Of a stretch of 64,000 nucleotides of DNA, positions 10,019-19,516 are shown one piece after another. The translations under genes were made by a program, and so were the position numbers. Below the pieces are notes generated by a model, which ran no database searches, was not told the origin of the DNA, and was given only the letters and a program-made list of their open reading frames with translations. Within the stretch, counting starts at the first letter, position 1; each line of letters begins with the position of its first letter. The stretch is from Bacteriovoracia bacterium (lineage in GTDB: Bacteria; Bdellovibrionota; UBA1018; JBFWNL01), in contig JBFWNL010000002.1 in NCBI GenBank assembly GCA_050251055.1, positions 320,001-384,000 on the forward strand. The letters run 5' to 3'.

Positions 10019-10753
10019 CTAAGCTTTTTTTGGCGTGATCACGACTCCCGGCTTGGGGGTGATCGGGGAAACCGGCGAAACCACCGTTTTCGGGGTGGGC
10101 GCGCCGCCGGGCTTTTTGGACGCCGGGGCCAGGATCATGATCATCTTCTTGCCTTCGAGCTTGGGCTCGAATTCAACGATGGCCACGTCCTTCAGCGTCG
10201 TGATCAGATCGCGCATGATCTTGTAGCCCACTTCGGAGTGCGCCACTTCGCGACCGCGGAACATCATGGTGATCTTGGCTTTATCGCCTTCCTCCAGGAA
10301 GCCGCGCACGGCCTTGAGCTTGTAATCCAAGTCGTGCTGGTCCGTATTGGGGCGAAGCTGGATTTCCTTCACCTTGATCACGACTTGCTTCTTCTTGGCC
10401 TGCTGCTCTTTCTTTTTCTTCTCGTACTTGAACTTTCCGTAATCGCAGATCTTGCAGACCGGCGGACGGGAAGTCGGGGAGATCTCCATGAGATCCAAAC
10501 CGCGCTCGCGCGCCATTTTCAGCGCTTCGAAGGTGGGCACGACGCCGACCTGACCGCCGTTTTCGTCGATGAGACGCACTTCCGGCACGCGGATGCGCTC
10601 ATTAATTCGATGTTCGTCTTTGTTGGGAGTGATTGGGCCTTTGCCCTTGATGAAACGGCCGCCGCCGCCACCGCTGCCTCCGCCGCCGCCGGGACCGCGC
10701 GGGCCTCCGGGAGGGGGTGGGCCACCTGGCTTATAACTTGGAAAAGGTGTCAT
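10019..10753 (-). CDS. infC: Translation initiation factor IF-3 with Gly/Pro-rich N-terminal and Pro-rich C-terminal extensions
   Basis: RINERIRVPEVRLID, PPVCKICDYGKFKYE, GDKAKITMMFRGRE; start codon uncertain. Confidence 0.96.
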   Translation of the reverse strand: MTPFPSYKPGGPPPPGGPRGPGGGGGSGGGGGRFIKGKGPITPNKDEHRINERIRVPEVRLIDENGGQVGVVPTFEALKMARERGLDLMEISPTSRPPVCKICDYGKFKYEKKKKEQQAKKKQVVIKVKEIQLRPNTDQHDLDYKLKAVRGFLEEGDKAKITMMFRGREVAHSEVGYKIMRDLITTLKDVAIVEFEPKLEGKKMIMILAPASKKPGGAPTPKTVVSPVSPITPKPGVVITPKKA

Positions 10754-10802
10754 TCTGAGGTCGAGTTCTCCTTAAATATTGAACAAAAATACCCAAGCTC
10801 CA

Positions 10803-10832
10803 GGGATACCGGAGATTTCCGGGCATTGTCAA
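10803..10832 (-). promoter_or_regulatory. Putative sigma-70 promoter for infC
   Basis: TTGACA-18 nt-TATCCC on the minus strand. Confidence 0.4.
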
Positions 10833-10843
10833 GAACGCGTCAA

Positions 10844-11599
10844 TTACTCGCCCAAAATAGCCCGCAGCGACGTCAGCTGCTGCTGGAGCAGGGCCGGATT
10901 CTTTGCCTTTTCCCAGGTCAAGCGATTGGAGACCGCGGTCACGATCCCATCGAGCATCGAAACCACGAAATCGATGTCCGACTGGGCGACCTTCTCGGGC
11001 TTGATCAATCCGTGGTCGAAGTGCTCATCAAACAAGAAAACCGCACGGCCGTCGGCGAGCGGCTCAAAACGCAGCACCCCGTCGAAGCTTTGGAAGCGGT
11101 CGGCCTGGGCGAGATTCGATTCCAAGCTATATCCCGCGATAGATTCCGCGTCGTGATCCGTCGTCGCGTAACGGCCGGCCACGAAGTAGAGTTGATAGTT
11201 TTCGTCACCCACGTACCAGGGCAAGTCCATCACGTAGCTTACGCGCGTTTCCGTGGGTTGCATGGAAGGTGAGCGTGGCAGCGGCTTGGATTGCAGCGTG
11301 TTCGGCAGAAATTCCCGATGACGGGCATAGTCGGTCATCACGGCCATCGCCTCTTCGGCGGTAGCGTTCAGGCGACGGTACACCTTCACACGCGGCCACG
11401 GCGAGCCCGCGATGGGGATCCGTACGATCACCGATTTGCCAGCGAACAGGAGTTTTTTCTGGTTCGCATCTAGATCCGAGGTGATGGTCTTGAGATCCGA
11501 AAGATTTTGTTGCAGTTCGGCGCGGGGCCCGAGATCCCCGAACGAGTAAGCCTCCATCGCCTGGGCGCCATTCATGAAAAACAAAGCCGCTAAGAGCAT
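10844..11599 (-). CDS. Secreted SRPBCC/START-like (polyketide cyclase-like) protein
   Basis: Signal peptide MLLAALFFMNGAQA; LNATAEEAMAVMTDYARHREFLP resembles SRPBCC; start moved to ATG 11599. Confidence 0.55.
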   Translation of the reverse strand: MLLAALFFMNGAQAMEAYSFGDLGPRAELQQNLSDLKTITSDLDANQKKLLFAGKSVIVRIPIAGSPWPRVKVYRRLNATAEEAMAVMTDYARHREFLPNTLQSKPLPRSPSMQPTETRVSYVMDLPWYVGDENYQLYFVAGRYATTDHDAESIAGYSLESNLAQADRFQSFDGVLRFEPLADGRAVFLFDEHFDHGLIKPEKVAQSDIDFVVSMLDGIVTAVSNRLTWEKAKNPALLQQQLTSLRAILGE

Positions 11600-11711
11600 T
11601 CCCAATCCCTCCCCATTTGCGCCGAGCTTGTAACCCGTAGCGATTCGGTTGGCTAAGTAAATTTGACAATGCAATGCAACACAAGGAAGATGATTTTCAC
11701 CTTTAGCGCAT

Positions 11712-12476
11712 ATGACCAAGACCACGTGGATTTTTCCCCGCTCCCGTTCTTTCTGGTATGGATTTCGGCTCCCCTTGGAAGCAGCGAGTCTAATTCTCCG
11801 GCAACGCTCATTGCTCGCTTTGAGTGCCCTACCCATTACGCTCACGCTCGCACTTTATTTTTTTGTGATCCGCAAGGCGATCGACTACGCCCAGACTCAG
11901 CTGGGCGCTCTCATTGCTAGATGGTCACTGGACCCTGAAGGTTGGGCGGCCTGGGGAGCGCAGTGGACCGGCCGCATCTTGCTGTTCGTGGTCGCCGCCC
12001 TCACGTTCAGCTTCGTCTCCGCGATCATCGCCTCGCCCTTCAACGATTTCCTCGCCGAGCGCGCCGAACGGTATGGACAACCCGCGCTCCCGCCCGTCGG
12101 CGAATCGACCTGGGTGGAGAAATTGCGGTTGATCTGGATCGACGTCGCCAAATCCGTCGCGGCCGGCATAACGGGAATCGCGGCGCTCGTTTTCTCCTGG
12201 GTTCCGGTCCTGAACGTGATCGCGTTCGTCGTGGCGTTCTTGCTCGTTTGTTTTCAATACACGAGCTATCCACAAACCCGGCGCGGTCAGAGCTTGCGGC
12301 AAGGCCTGTATTTCCTTTGGCGCCACTTCTACGCCTGCGTGGGCTTCGGCGCCGCGATGACTCTGCTTTTCGCCATTCCCTTGGCGGCGAGCTTCTTCCT
12401 GCCCGTCGCCGTAGTGGGCGGAACTCTGCTCGTGGCCCGCGCACCCGGCTCCGGCAGCCTGTTTCGGCTCAAATGA
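11712..12476 (+). CDS. EI24/CysZ-family membrane protein
   Basis: IIASPFNDFLAERAE motif and several TM helices. Confidence 0.8.
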   Translation: MTKTTWIFPRSRSFWYGFRLPLEAASLILRQRSLLALSALPITLTLALYFFVIRKAIDYAQTQLGALIARWSLDPEGWAAWGAQWTGRILLFVVAALTFSFVSAIIASPFNDFLAERAERYGQPALPPVGESTWVEKLRLIWIDVAKSVAAGITGIAALVFSWVPVLNVIAFVVAFLLVCFQYTSYPQTRRGQSLRQGLYFLWRHFYACVGFGAAMTLLFAIPLAASFFLPVAVVGGTLLVARAPGSGSLFRLK

Positions 12477-12588
12477 GCCGCACCCCGTAGGCAATTCCTT
12501 CCCATTCAGAAAATCGCTCCCGCTCCGATGAAACCTGGGACAGGCAAGCATTTGCCGCATTGCCATGGCTTCAGGGAAGGAGCGCTAG

Positions 12589-13320
12589 ATGCAGAACCCA
12601 GTATTTCCCCGTTGGTCGACTTATCTTTTCTCCGCTTCCGCGGTGATCCTGCTCTCGTGGGCCATGAGCGGTTGCCGATTCGGAAATCACGTTGAGTACC
12701 CCGCTTCGCGCGATCAGTGGACGGGCTACTACGAAACGCTTCCCCGCACCCTGCAAATGTGCGTGACCCTCAACGGGCAAAGCGCCAACTGCGTGAACTC
12801 GAATCCCAATCAAAACGTTCCTAGCTTTATCGACGAGGTCGTGGGCAATCCCACCATCGTGGGCGTGACCGATCTCAACACCGGCAAGGGACTCATGTAC
12901 GACCCCGACGTCCAGGTCGCCCTCCCCATCTACGTGAACATGGGAAGCGGCGCGCTTTCGCTCTTATTGAACGAAAGCACCGAGGATTTCTGGGGAGCCG
13001 CCGGCTGTACGCATGAGGTCGACCTGGAGGCGGCCGGCAGCCTCGACCAAAGTACCCACAACGAGGTAAATGGACGTACCACGCAAGGCAAACTCAACCT
13101 CACCTTCGAAGTAAGCGATCGCTTCTTGGGGGGTTGCGCCCCGGCGCTGGCCGAACTGCGCGACTGCTACAATAATGTCAACCTTTGCAATTCGCAGGAC
13201 AACCAGGCGACCCAACGCGCGATCCAAGATCTGGTTCAGCCTTTCATCAACGCAGGCTTAATGACGGCCCCCCAAATCGCCGACATGGCCGTCCTGTTTT
13301 ACCGCGTCGAATACCACTAG
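12589..13320 (+). CDS. Hypothetical lipoprotein
   Basis: Lipobox AMSG-C, paired Cys, coding-like codon usage. Confidence 0.7.
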   Translation: MQNPVFPRWSTYLFSASAVILLSWAMSGCRFGNHVEYPASRDQWTGYYETLPRTLQMCVTLNGQSANCVNSNPNQNVPSFIDEVVGNPTIVGVTDLNTGKGLMYDPDVQVALPIYVNMGSGALSLLLNESTEDFWGAAGCTHEVDLEAAGSLDQSTHNEVNGRTTQGKLNLTFEVSDRFLGGCAPALAELRDCYNNVNLCNSQDNQATQRAIQDLVQPFINAGLMTAPQIADMAVLFYRVEYH

Positions 13321-13356
13321 CCAAATCCCTCGGGTCTCGTGTTAAATAGGGGGCAT

Positions 13357-13995
13357 ATGCGCGCATCCCACGAGATCCTCTTGGCTTCCATGAACTTCCA
13401 TAAATGGGAGGAGTTCGACAGCCTCCTGAAACCACTGGGTAACGTGAAGCTCCTACGCGCCGACGAGATCCTGCGCAACGCCGGCAAACTAGGACTCGCC
13501 GAGCAGTATGCGAGCTACGCCGAAAACGCGATGGCCAAGGCCCGGCTCGCCAATCAAGGTTCGCACTACCCTTGCCTCGCCGACGATTCCGGCCTCGAAG
13601 TGGAAGCCCTGGGCGGCAAACCCGGCGTGAAGAGCCACCATTTCGCGATCGCGAAGGCCGGCCAAACCCAGGACGCCGCTAACGTCGATAAGCTCCTGAC
13701 CGAACTCAAGGGCCACCCCATGGCGAAACGCCAAGCGCGCTTCGTTTGCTCGCTCGCGCTCGTGATGGAGGGCATCTGCCTGGAAGCGACCGGCACCCTG
13801 AGCGGAACGATCGCGGAAGCTCCCTCGGGAAATCACGGCTTCGGCTACGATCCCGTTTTCATCCCCCAAGGCGCGACGAAAACCTTGGCCCAGATGTCGG
13901 CCGAAGAGAAAAACGCCATTTCCCACCGCGCGGCCGCGGTACAAAGCCTGCTCGCGCAAATCCAGGAAAAAGGGATCATCTTCGCCAAGCCGTAA
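13357..13995 (+). CDS. rdgB: Non-canonical purine NTP pyrophosphatase (RdgB/HAM1)
   Basis: ADDSGLEV, GFGYDPVF, KNAISHR. Confidence 0.93.
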   Translation: MRASHEILLASMNFHKWEEFDSLLKPLGNVKLLRADEILRNAGKLGLAEQYASYAENAMAKARLANQGSHYPCLADDSGLEVEALGGKPGVKSHHFAIAKAGQTQDAANVDKLLTELKGHPMAKRQARFVCSLALVMEGICLEATGTLSGTIAEAPSGNHGFGYDPVFIPQGATKTLAQMSAEEKNAISHRAAAVQSLLAQIQEKGIIFAKP

Positions 13996-14174
13996 TCAGT
14001 ATCCCTAATCAGACCCCCTAAAAACGAATAATTATTATTTCTGCCCACGGCTGGGTACACACGCGCTCGGACGTAAGAACTGGGTCGATTACCTCAGCAC
14101 CCCTGTCGGCGGCAATTTCGCCCCGAACGAGGGAATTAAGGCAAGCGACCCCTTTTGACAGAGGGAAAAACAAA

Positions 14175-14705
14175 GTGAAAAAATTAGTATTGTTGTCGTT
14201 GCTCGTTTTCGTTAACGCCGGCGCCGTACTCGCGGATGGCCCACGCCCCCCCAAGCCCGTGAAGCCAGTGATCTGCCCGAAGCACGTGGAAACCAGCCAG
14301 CTTCGCTTGTTCCAACTGGACCCCGAGTTGAATCTGGGCCTCGTAAACCACGGGGCCGTGACCGTGAACTATTCTAATCGCGAAGTCACGCTCACGCTCA
14401 CCCAAACCCCGAAGTGCGAACCCGGCGCCGTTTGCCCCCTGGGCTTCGCCGTGAAACTCAGCCAGAAGCTTGAACTCGTGGAAGTCGAAACCGGCGCCTG
14501 CGGAGAAAAGATCGTCACCGCCCGGATGGACAAGCGCCCGGTCGATGGCCTGCTGAAGGAAATCACGGTGACCGACAACCGCGACAACCGCTGCCGCCAC
14601 CTCGTGCCCCCCGTGGAAGTGCGCTACGAAACGGAAAGCCTCCGCGGTTTCCGCACCGAATCCACGATGATCGGCGACCGATTCGAAGCCAACCTTTACT
14701 TCTAA
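14175..14705 (+). CDS. Secreted hypothetical protein
   Basis: Signal peptide MKKLVLLSLLVFVNAGAVLA; GAGGG SD 9 nt before GTG. Confidence 0.75.
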   Translation: MKKLVLLSLLVFVNAGAVLADGPRPPKPVKPVICPKHVETSQLRLFQLDPELNLGLVNHGAVTVNYSNREVTLTLTQTPKCEPGAVCPLGFAVKLSQKLELVEVETGACGEKIVTARMDKRPVDGLLKEITVTDNRDNRCRHLVPPVEVRYETESLRGFRTESTMIGDRFEANLYF

Positions 14706-14789
14706 GCCTCCGCTCGAAGTTCAGTTGTGCTTCAGGGCCGATCGCGCCACCCGCGGTCGGCCCTTTACTTTTGCGTTAAAAATGCCCGC

Positions 14790-15497
14790 CTAAAAAAGCG
14801 TACGGTAATAGACCCACTTCAAGTATTCCATCATCGTGACCTCGACACTGCGGAGCGTGCCCTTCCAGTCTGCTCCCGAAAAGGGCTCTTGCCGGATGGT
14901 CATGGTCTCGATCTCGAATTCGGCGGCGTCCCGCGCGGGATTCAGGGTCTTTTCAAAGAGGTAGTGAGCGCGGCGAATATGGTAGCTCGACGTCATGAGC
15001 AGGATGCGCTTCCAACCGCGCTGGCGGGCATGGACGGAAAACACCTCGGCGTTCTCCCGGGTATTCTCGCTATCGGTTTCCAATACGACGTTGGCGGTAT
15101 TCAGGTAGGGAAGTACTTCCTTGCGGACCTGCTTCTCGAACACCTTCCAGTTCGCCCGAGGTCCCATCCCGGCGATGAAGAGGATGGGTGGGCGTCCCAG
15201 CACCGGGGGCCGGCCCACGGGACCTGGCGCCGGGGTATTCGGCAAATTCGGCTTAAACTGGGCCTTTTGATGGTAGGCGAACCAAAGGTTGGTAGCCGCC
15301 TCGATACGTCCCTTTCCCCCAGAAAGGCAAACGATTACATCTACTTCCGGCAGCTCCTCGAGCGTCGCCGAATCCTGGTGATCGTAGATGATTCCGGCCG
15401 TCATATAGGCGAGCGAAAGGACCCCTACCCCCATGCCCACAAAGAGGACTAGCAGCATCAGGGCAACCCGCTTGAACGTAGCCAGATGGCGTACCAT
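14790..15497 (-). CDS. YdcF/DUF218 (ElyC-like) protein
   Basis: N-terminal TM, VIVCLSGG, SENTRENA, LMTSSYHIRRA, EYLK; start approximate. Confidence 0.85.
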   Translation of the reverse strand: MVRHLATFKRVALMLLVLFVGMGVGVLSLAYMTAGIIYDHQDSATLEELPEVDVIVCLSGGKGRIEAATNLWFAYHQKAQFKPNLPNTPAPGPVGRPPVLGRPPILFIAGMGPRANWKVFEKQVRKEVLPYLNTANVVLETDSENTRENAEVFSVHARQRGWKRILLMTSSYHIRRAHYLFEKTLNPARDAAEFEIETMTIRQEPFSGADWKGTLRSVEVTMMEYLKWVYYRTLF

Positions 15498-15591
15498 GGC
15501 CCAAAAGCTAGCACGCTTTTTCAAGCTTGCAAAAACCAAACAAGTCCACTAGGTTGTCCGTTCTCGTATTTATTTTGAAAGGAATTTCACC

Positions 15592-15822
15592 ATGTCCCGC
15601 GTTTGTGATTATTGCGGCAAAGGCGTCTTCACTGGAAACAAGGTTTCCCACTCCAACATCAAGACCCGTACGCGCTGGCTCCCGAATCTTCGCAGGATGA
15701 AGGCCGTCGTCAACAACGTCACCCAGACGGTGAAAGCCTGTACCCGTTGCATTCGCTCGGGCAAAGTCGTGCGCCCCATCAAGCGCCGCTACAAGCCCGA
15801 AGCCACCGCCACGACCGCCTAA
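15592..15822 (+). CDS. rpmB: 50S ribosomal protein L28 (CxxC form)
   Basis: [36 protein letters not shown]. Confidence 0.96.
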   Translation: MSRVCDYCGKGVFTGNKVSHSNIKTRTRWLPNLRRMKAVVNNVTQTVKACTRCIRSGKVVRPIKRRYKPEATATTA

Positions 15823-15914
15823 GCTTTTCTTATCCGCGTATAATCAGTAGCGCTTTCGTAAATCGTTGATACACTTCTCCCCGATTTGTCAGGCAAAACT
15901 CTGAAGGGGGAATC

Positions 15915-16574
15915 ATGGAATCGATCGTTTCCGTATTAGTTGGCGCATTACTCTCGTTCACCGGCACTCATCACTCCACGCTCGACGAACAACAATCCGT
16001 CGCACCCGTCGAATGGTCCTGCGAAGCCCTGAAGTGGCCGCTAGAGCCGTACCTCGACGGCAAGATCCTTAAGGCGCAGGTCTCCGCAAAATGCCAATTC
16101 AAGGGCGTCTCCGGGGGCGGTTTCGCCGAGCTCGAAGCCTACCTCGCGAAACGCATCGTGGATCAGAGCGAAAAGGTGCACTCCGGCCCAAACAAAGAAA
16201 CCTATAAGGACATGACGAGCACGCACTTCGATACCACCGTAAAGGTGGGCGGCAAGTCTGATTACGCCTTCGTTCGCCAGGACGCGCACGTGGCGACCGA
16301 CGCGAAAACCGCGCTGCTCTTCGACACGATCTCCAAAAGCATCGAAGGCTACGGCAACGCCAAGTACATGAAGAAGGTCGACGCTTTCACGAAGGTCACT
16401 CCGATCGCCGACAAGATCAGCGTCTACCAGGGCACGCTTGTGTCGTACTTTGAAATCGAGAAGCCGGTATTTGTCCCGGGCAGCATCTTCATCTCCGAAG
16501 TGAAGAAGCAGCTCGAGAAGCAAGCGGGCGAGCTCGAGAAAGACTTGCTCGAAGACATCGGCCAGCACATCTAA
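15915..16574 (+). CDS. Hypothetical exported protein
   Basis: Hydrophobic N-terminus, strong codon bias, downstream terminator. Confidence 0.7.
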   Translation: MESIVSVLVGALLSFTGTHHSTLDEQQSVAPVEWSCEALKWPLEPYLDGKILKAQVSAKCQFKGVSGGGFAELEAYLAKRIVDQSEKVHSGPNKETYKDMTSTHFDTTVKVGGKSDYAFVRQDAHVATDAKTALLFDTISKSIEGYGNAKYMKKVDAFTKVTPIADKISVYQGTLVSYFEIEKPVFVPGSIFISEVKKQLEKQAGELEKDLLEDIGQHI

Positions 16575-16596
16575 GCTGAGCTCGGATTTTTCTTAC

Positions 16597-16631
16597 AAAG
16601 CCGGCTTCCGCGAGGGAGCCGGCTTTTTTTT
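16597..16631 (+). terminator. Intrinsic terminator, probably bidirectional
   Basis: AAAGCCGGCTTCC-GCGA-GGGAGCCGGCTTT plus T tract between convergent genes. Confidence 0.85.
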
Positions 16632-16651
16632 CGCCTGGCGAGCGGCCTGCG

Positions 16652-17035
16652 CTAAGTCAGCGCCACGATGGCTTCGACTTCCACGAGCGCGTCCTTCGGG
16701 AGCTTGGCCACCTGGACAGTCGAACGTGCGGGCGGAATTTCGTCGAAGTACTTACCGTAGACTTCGTTGACCTTCGGGAAGTCGGCCATGTCCTGCAGGA
16801 AAATCGTGGTCTTCACGATGTGGGTGTAATCCGCTCCGGCAGCCTTCAGTACGGCGCCTAGGTTCTCCATCACGACCTTCGCCTGGGCGGCGACGTCGGT
16901 GACTTCAATGCGGTTGGTTTTCGGGTTGAGCGGGATCTGGCCCGAACAAAAGAGGAATCCACCTGCCTTAATCGCTTGGCTGTATGGGCCGATGGGTTCC
17001 GGAGCTTCCCGCGTGAAAATCTTTTGCTTCTTCAT
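16652..17035 (-). CDS. ridA: RidA/YjgF enamine deaminase
   Basis: PIGPYSQAI, CSGQIP, PPARSTVQVAKLPK, VEVEAI. Confidence 0.92.
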   Translation of the reverse strand: MKKQKIFTREAPEPIGPYSQAIKAGGFLFCSGQIPLNPKTNRIEVTDVAAQAKVVMENLGAVLKAAGADYTHIVKTTIFLQDMADFPKVNEVYGKYFDEIPPARSTVQVAKLPKDALVEVEAIVALT

Positions 17036-17056
17036 CTATTTCTCCCTGAAACGGTA

Positions 17057-19372
17057 TTAGGCCTTGGTTTCGCCGTTCGATCCGCCTTGGTCGCCGTGGG
17101 TCTTCTGCCAAAGCTGGATTTCGCGCGCGGTAATCGCGGCCATATTGACGATGTCGTTCACGTCCGAGCCGCGCTGAAGCACGAACACGGGCTTGTTCAT
17201 ACCCACCAGGATCGGGCCGATGGCCTCGACCCCGCCCAGGCGATGCATCAGCTTGTAGGCGATATTGCCGCTCTGGAGATCCGGGAAGATCAGCACGTTC
17301 GCGTTGCCGGGCACCTGGTTGAAGTCGAAGGTTTCCTCGGAAATCTGGCGCGTTACCGCCGTATCCGCCTGCATCTCGCCATCCACCGTGAGGTGTGGCG
17401 CACGTTGGCGAACGAGCTCCACCGCCTTGGCCACCTTCTGCGCGAAGGGGTGACGACTGGATCCGAAGTTCGAGAACGAAAGCATCGCGACCCGGGCCGG
17501 GCGATCGGTGAAACTCTGGGCCACGGCCGCGGCTTCAATGGCGATATTCGCCAAGTCGTCGGCTGAGGGATCGATATTCACCGTGGTGTCGGCGAACCAA
17601 TAGATCTGGCGTTTGGTGATCATCATGTAAATCCCGGCGAGCCGGGCGCCGGGACGGGCCCCGATGACTTCGATGGCCGGCCGGATCGTTTCCGCATAAC
17701 TTTCGGCGATGCCGCCGAGCATACCGTCGGCACGGCCCGTTTCTACCATCATCGAAGCGAAGTAATTCGCCTGGCGCATCAGCTGACGGCCCACTTCGTA
17801 GGTCACGCCTTTACGCTTGCGCTTCTCGACCAGCATGCGCGCGAACTCGTCGCGCCACTCGTGCGTGGAGGGACGCAGGATTTTTACGTCTTTCAACGCT
17901 TCGGTCAGCCCGAGCTCGCGAATCCGTTCTTGCACCTTCTGTTCGTTGCCGAGCAGGATCGGTTCCGCGATGGCTTCTTCGCGCATGACCGCGGCCGCGC
18001 GTAAAATCTTTCCATGCTCGCCTTCCGGGAGCACCACGCGGGACATCGCGCCGCCCGCGCCGACGCGCTTAACGGTGTTCTTGATCCCACGCATGACGGT
18101 GTAGGAAGTGCCGAGCAACGTCTCGAGCTGGTCTTTATATGTACGTAAATCCACGTTTTTGCGGGCCACGCCCGACTTCATCGCGGCTTCGGCCACCGCG
18201 CTCGCCACCCAGATCAGAGCCCGGCTGTCGAATGGCTTCGGGATCAGGTACTCGCGCCCAAACTTGAAGCGTTGCCCCCCGTAAGCGCGCGAAACGCTCT
18301 CGGGAATTTCCTCTTTGGCCAGGGCGGCGAGGGCCCGCACGGCCGCCATTTTCATCTCCTCGTTGATGGCCATCGCGCGCGTATCAAGCGCGCCGCGGAA
18401 GATGAACGGGAATCCCAGCACGTTGTTCACCTGGTTGGGATAGTCGGAGCGGCCGGTGGCCATGATCACGTCGCTGCGGACCTTGAACACGTCCTCGGGT
18501 AAGATTTCCGGGTCCGGATTGGCCATCGCGAAAATAATCGCGTCCTTCGCCATGGATTTCACCATCGCCGGAGTCACGCAGCCCTTCACCGACACGCCGA
18601 TGAACGCGTCGGCGCCCTTCATGGCGTCGTCCAAGGTACGGGCGGAGGTTTCCGTCGCGAAGCGCTCCTTATAAGGATTCATCCCTTCCTTGCGGCCCTT
18701 GAAGATCACGCCCTTGGAGTCCGTCATAATGATGTTTTCGCGCCGGACGCCTAAGTTCACATAGAGATTCGCGCATGCGATGGCGGCCGCGCCGCCGCCG
18801 CTGAAAACGACCTTCACGTCTTGAATGCGCTTATTGATCATCTCGAGCGCGTTCAGAAACGCCGCGCCGCTAATCACCGCGGTCCCGTGCTGATCGTCGT
18901 GGAAGACGGGAATCTTCAGGCGCTTCTTCAGCTCTTCTTCGATGTAGAAACACTCGGGCGCCTTGATGTCCTCGAGATTGATGCCGCCGAAGGTCGGCTC
19001 GAGCAGCTCGCAGGCCTTGATGACATCGTTCGGGTCCTTGGCGTTGAGCTCGATATCGAAGACGTCGATGTCAGCGAACTTCTTGAACAGAATCCCTTTG
19101 CCTTCCATCACGGGCTTGGCGGCGTGCGCGCCAATATCGCCTAGTCCCAATACCGCCGTCCCGTTCGAGACCACGGCTACGAGATTTCCCTTGGCGGTGT
19201 ACTCGTAAACGAGCTCGTCCTTTTCGGCGATCATCCGACAAGGTTCCGCCACCCCCGGGGAGTAGGCGAGCGAGAGGTCTTTTTGGGTAGTCACGGACTT
19301 CGAGGGAATAACTTCGATTTTCCCTTTACGGCCTTTCGAGTGGTACTCGATGGCTTCGTCATAAAGTGTCAT
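17057..19372 (-). CDS. maeB: NADP-dependent malic enzyme with phosphotransacetylase-like domain
   Basis: [35 protein letters not shown]; PTA domain DGEMQAD, GNIAYKL. Confidence 0.96.
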   Translation of the reverse strand: MTLYDEAIEYHSKGRKGKIEVIPSKSVTTQKDLSLAYSPGVAEPCRMIAEKDELVYEYTAKGNLVAVVSNGTAVLGLGDIGAHAAKPVMEGKGILFKKFADIDVFDIELNAKDPNDVIKACELLEPTFGGINLEDIKAPECFYIEEELKKRLKIPVFHDDQHGTAVISGAAFLNALEMINKRIQDVKVVFSGGGAAAIACANLYVNLGVRRENIIMTDSKGVIFKGRKEGMNPYKERFATETSARTLDDAMKGADAFIGVSVKGCVTPAMVKSMAKDAIIFAMANPDPEILPEDVFKVRSDVIMATGRSDYPNQVNNVLGFPFIFRGALDTRAMAINEEMKMAAVRALAALAKEEIPESVSRAYGGQRFKFGREYLIPKPFDSRALIWVASAVAEAAMKSGVARKNVDLRTYKDQLETLLGTSYTVMRGIKNTVKRVGAGGAMSRVVLPEGEHGKILRAAAVMREEAIAEPILLGNEQKVQERIRELGLTEALKDVKILRPSTHEWRDEFARMLVEKRKRKGVTYEVGRQLMRQANYFASMMVETGRADGMLGGIAESYAETIRPAIEVIGARPGARLAGIYMMITKRQIYWFADTTVNIDPSADDLANIAIEAAAVAQSFTDRPARVAMLSFSNFGSSRHPFAQKVAKAVELVRQRAPHLTVDGEMQADTAVTRQISEETFDFNQVPGNANVLIFPDLQSGNIAYKLMHRLGGVEAIGPILVGMNKPVFVLQRGSDVNDIVNMAAITAREIQLWQKTHGDQGGSNGETKA

Positions 19373-19516
19373 AAGCCCCTAAACTCGCGTGATTCAGTGG
19401 GAATGACAACCAAAATGAAGTTGATTAATTCGGTTCGATGCACACGCCTTGCAGCGCCAAGCCTTCAACAAGGCTGGCAATTTTCGACAAAGCGGGCAAA
19501 ATAATAAGGAGCATCC

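Noticed and set aside
10013-11272. 419-aa plus-strand ORF
   Set aside because: Antisense shadow of infC and its neighbour; expected in high-GC DNA and has no motifs.
14075-14110. Minus-strand GGGGTGCTGAGG..ACCC resembling a TPP riboswitch
   Set aside because: The conserved 3' half is missing and there is no downstream gene on that strand.
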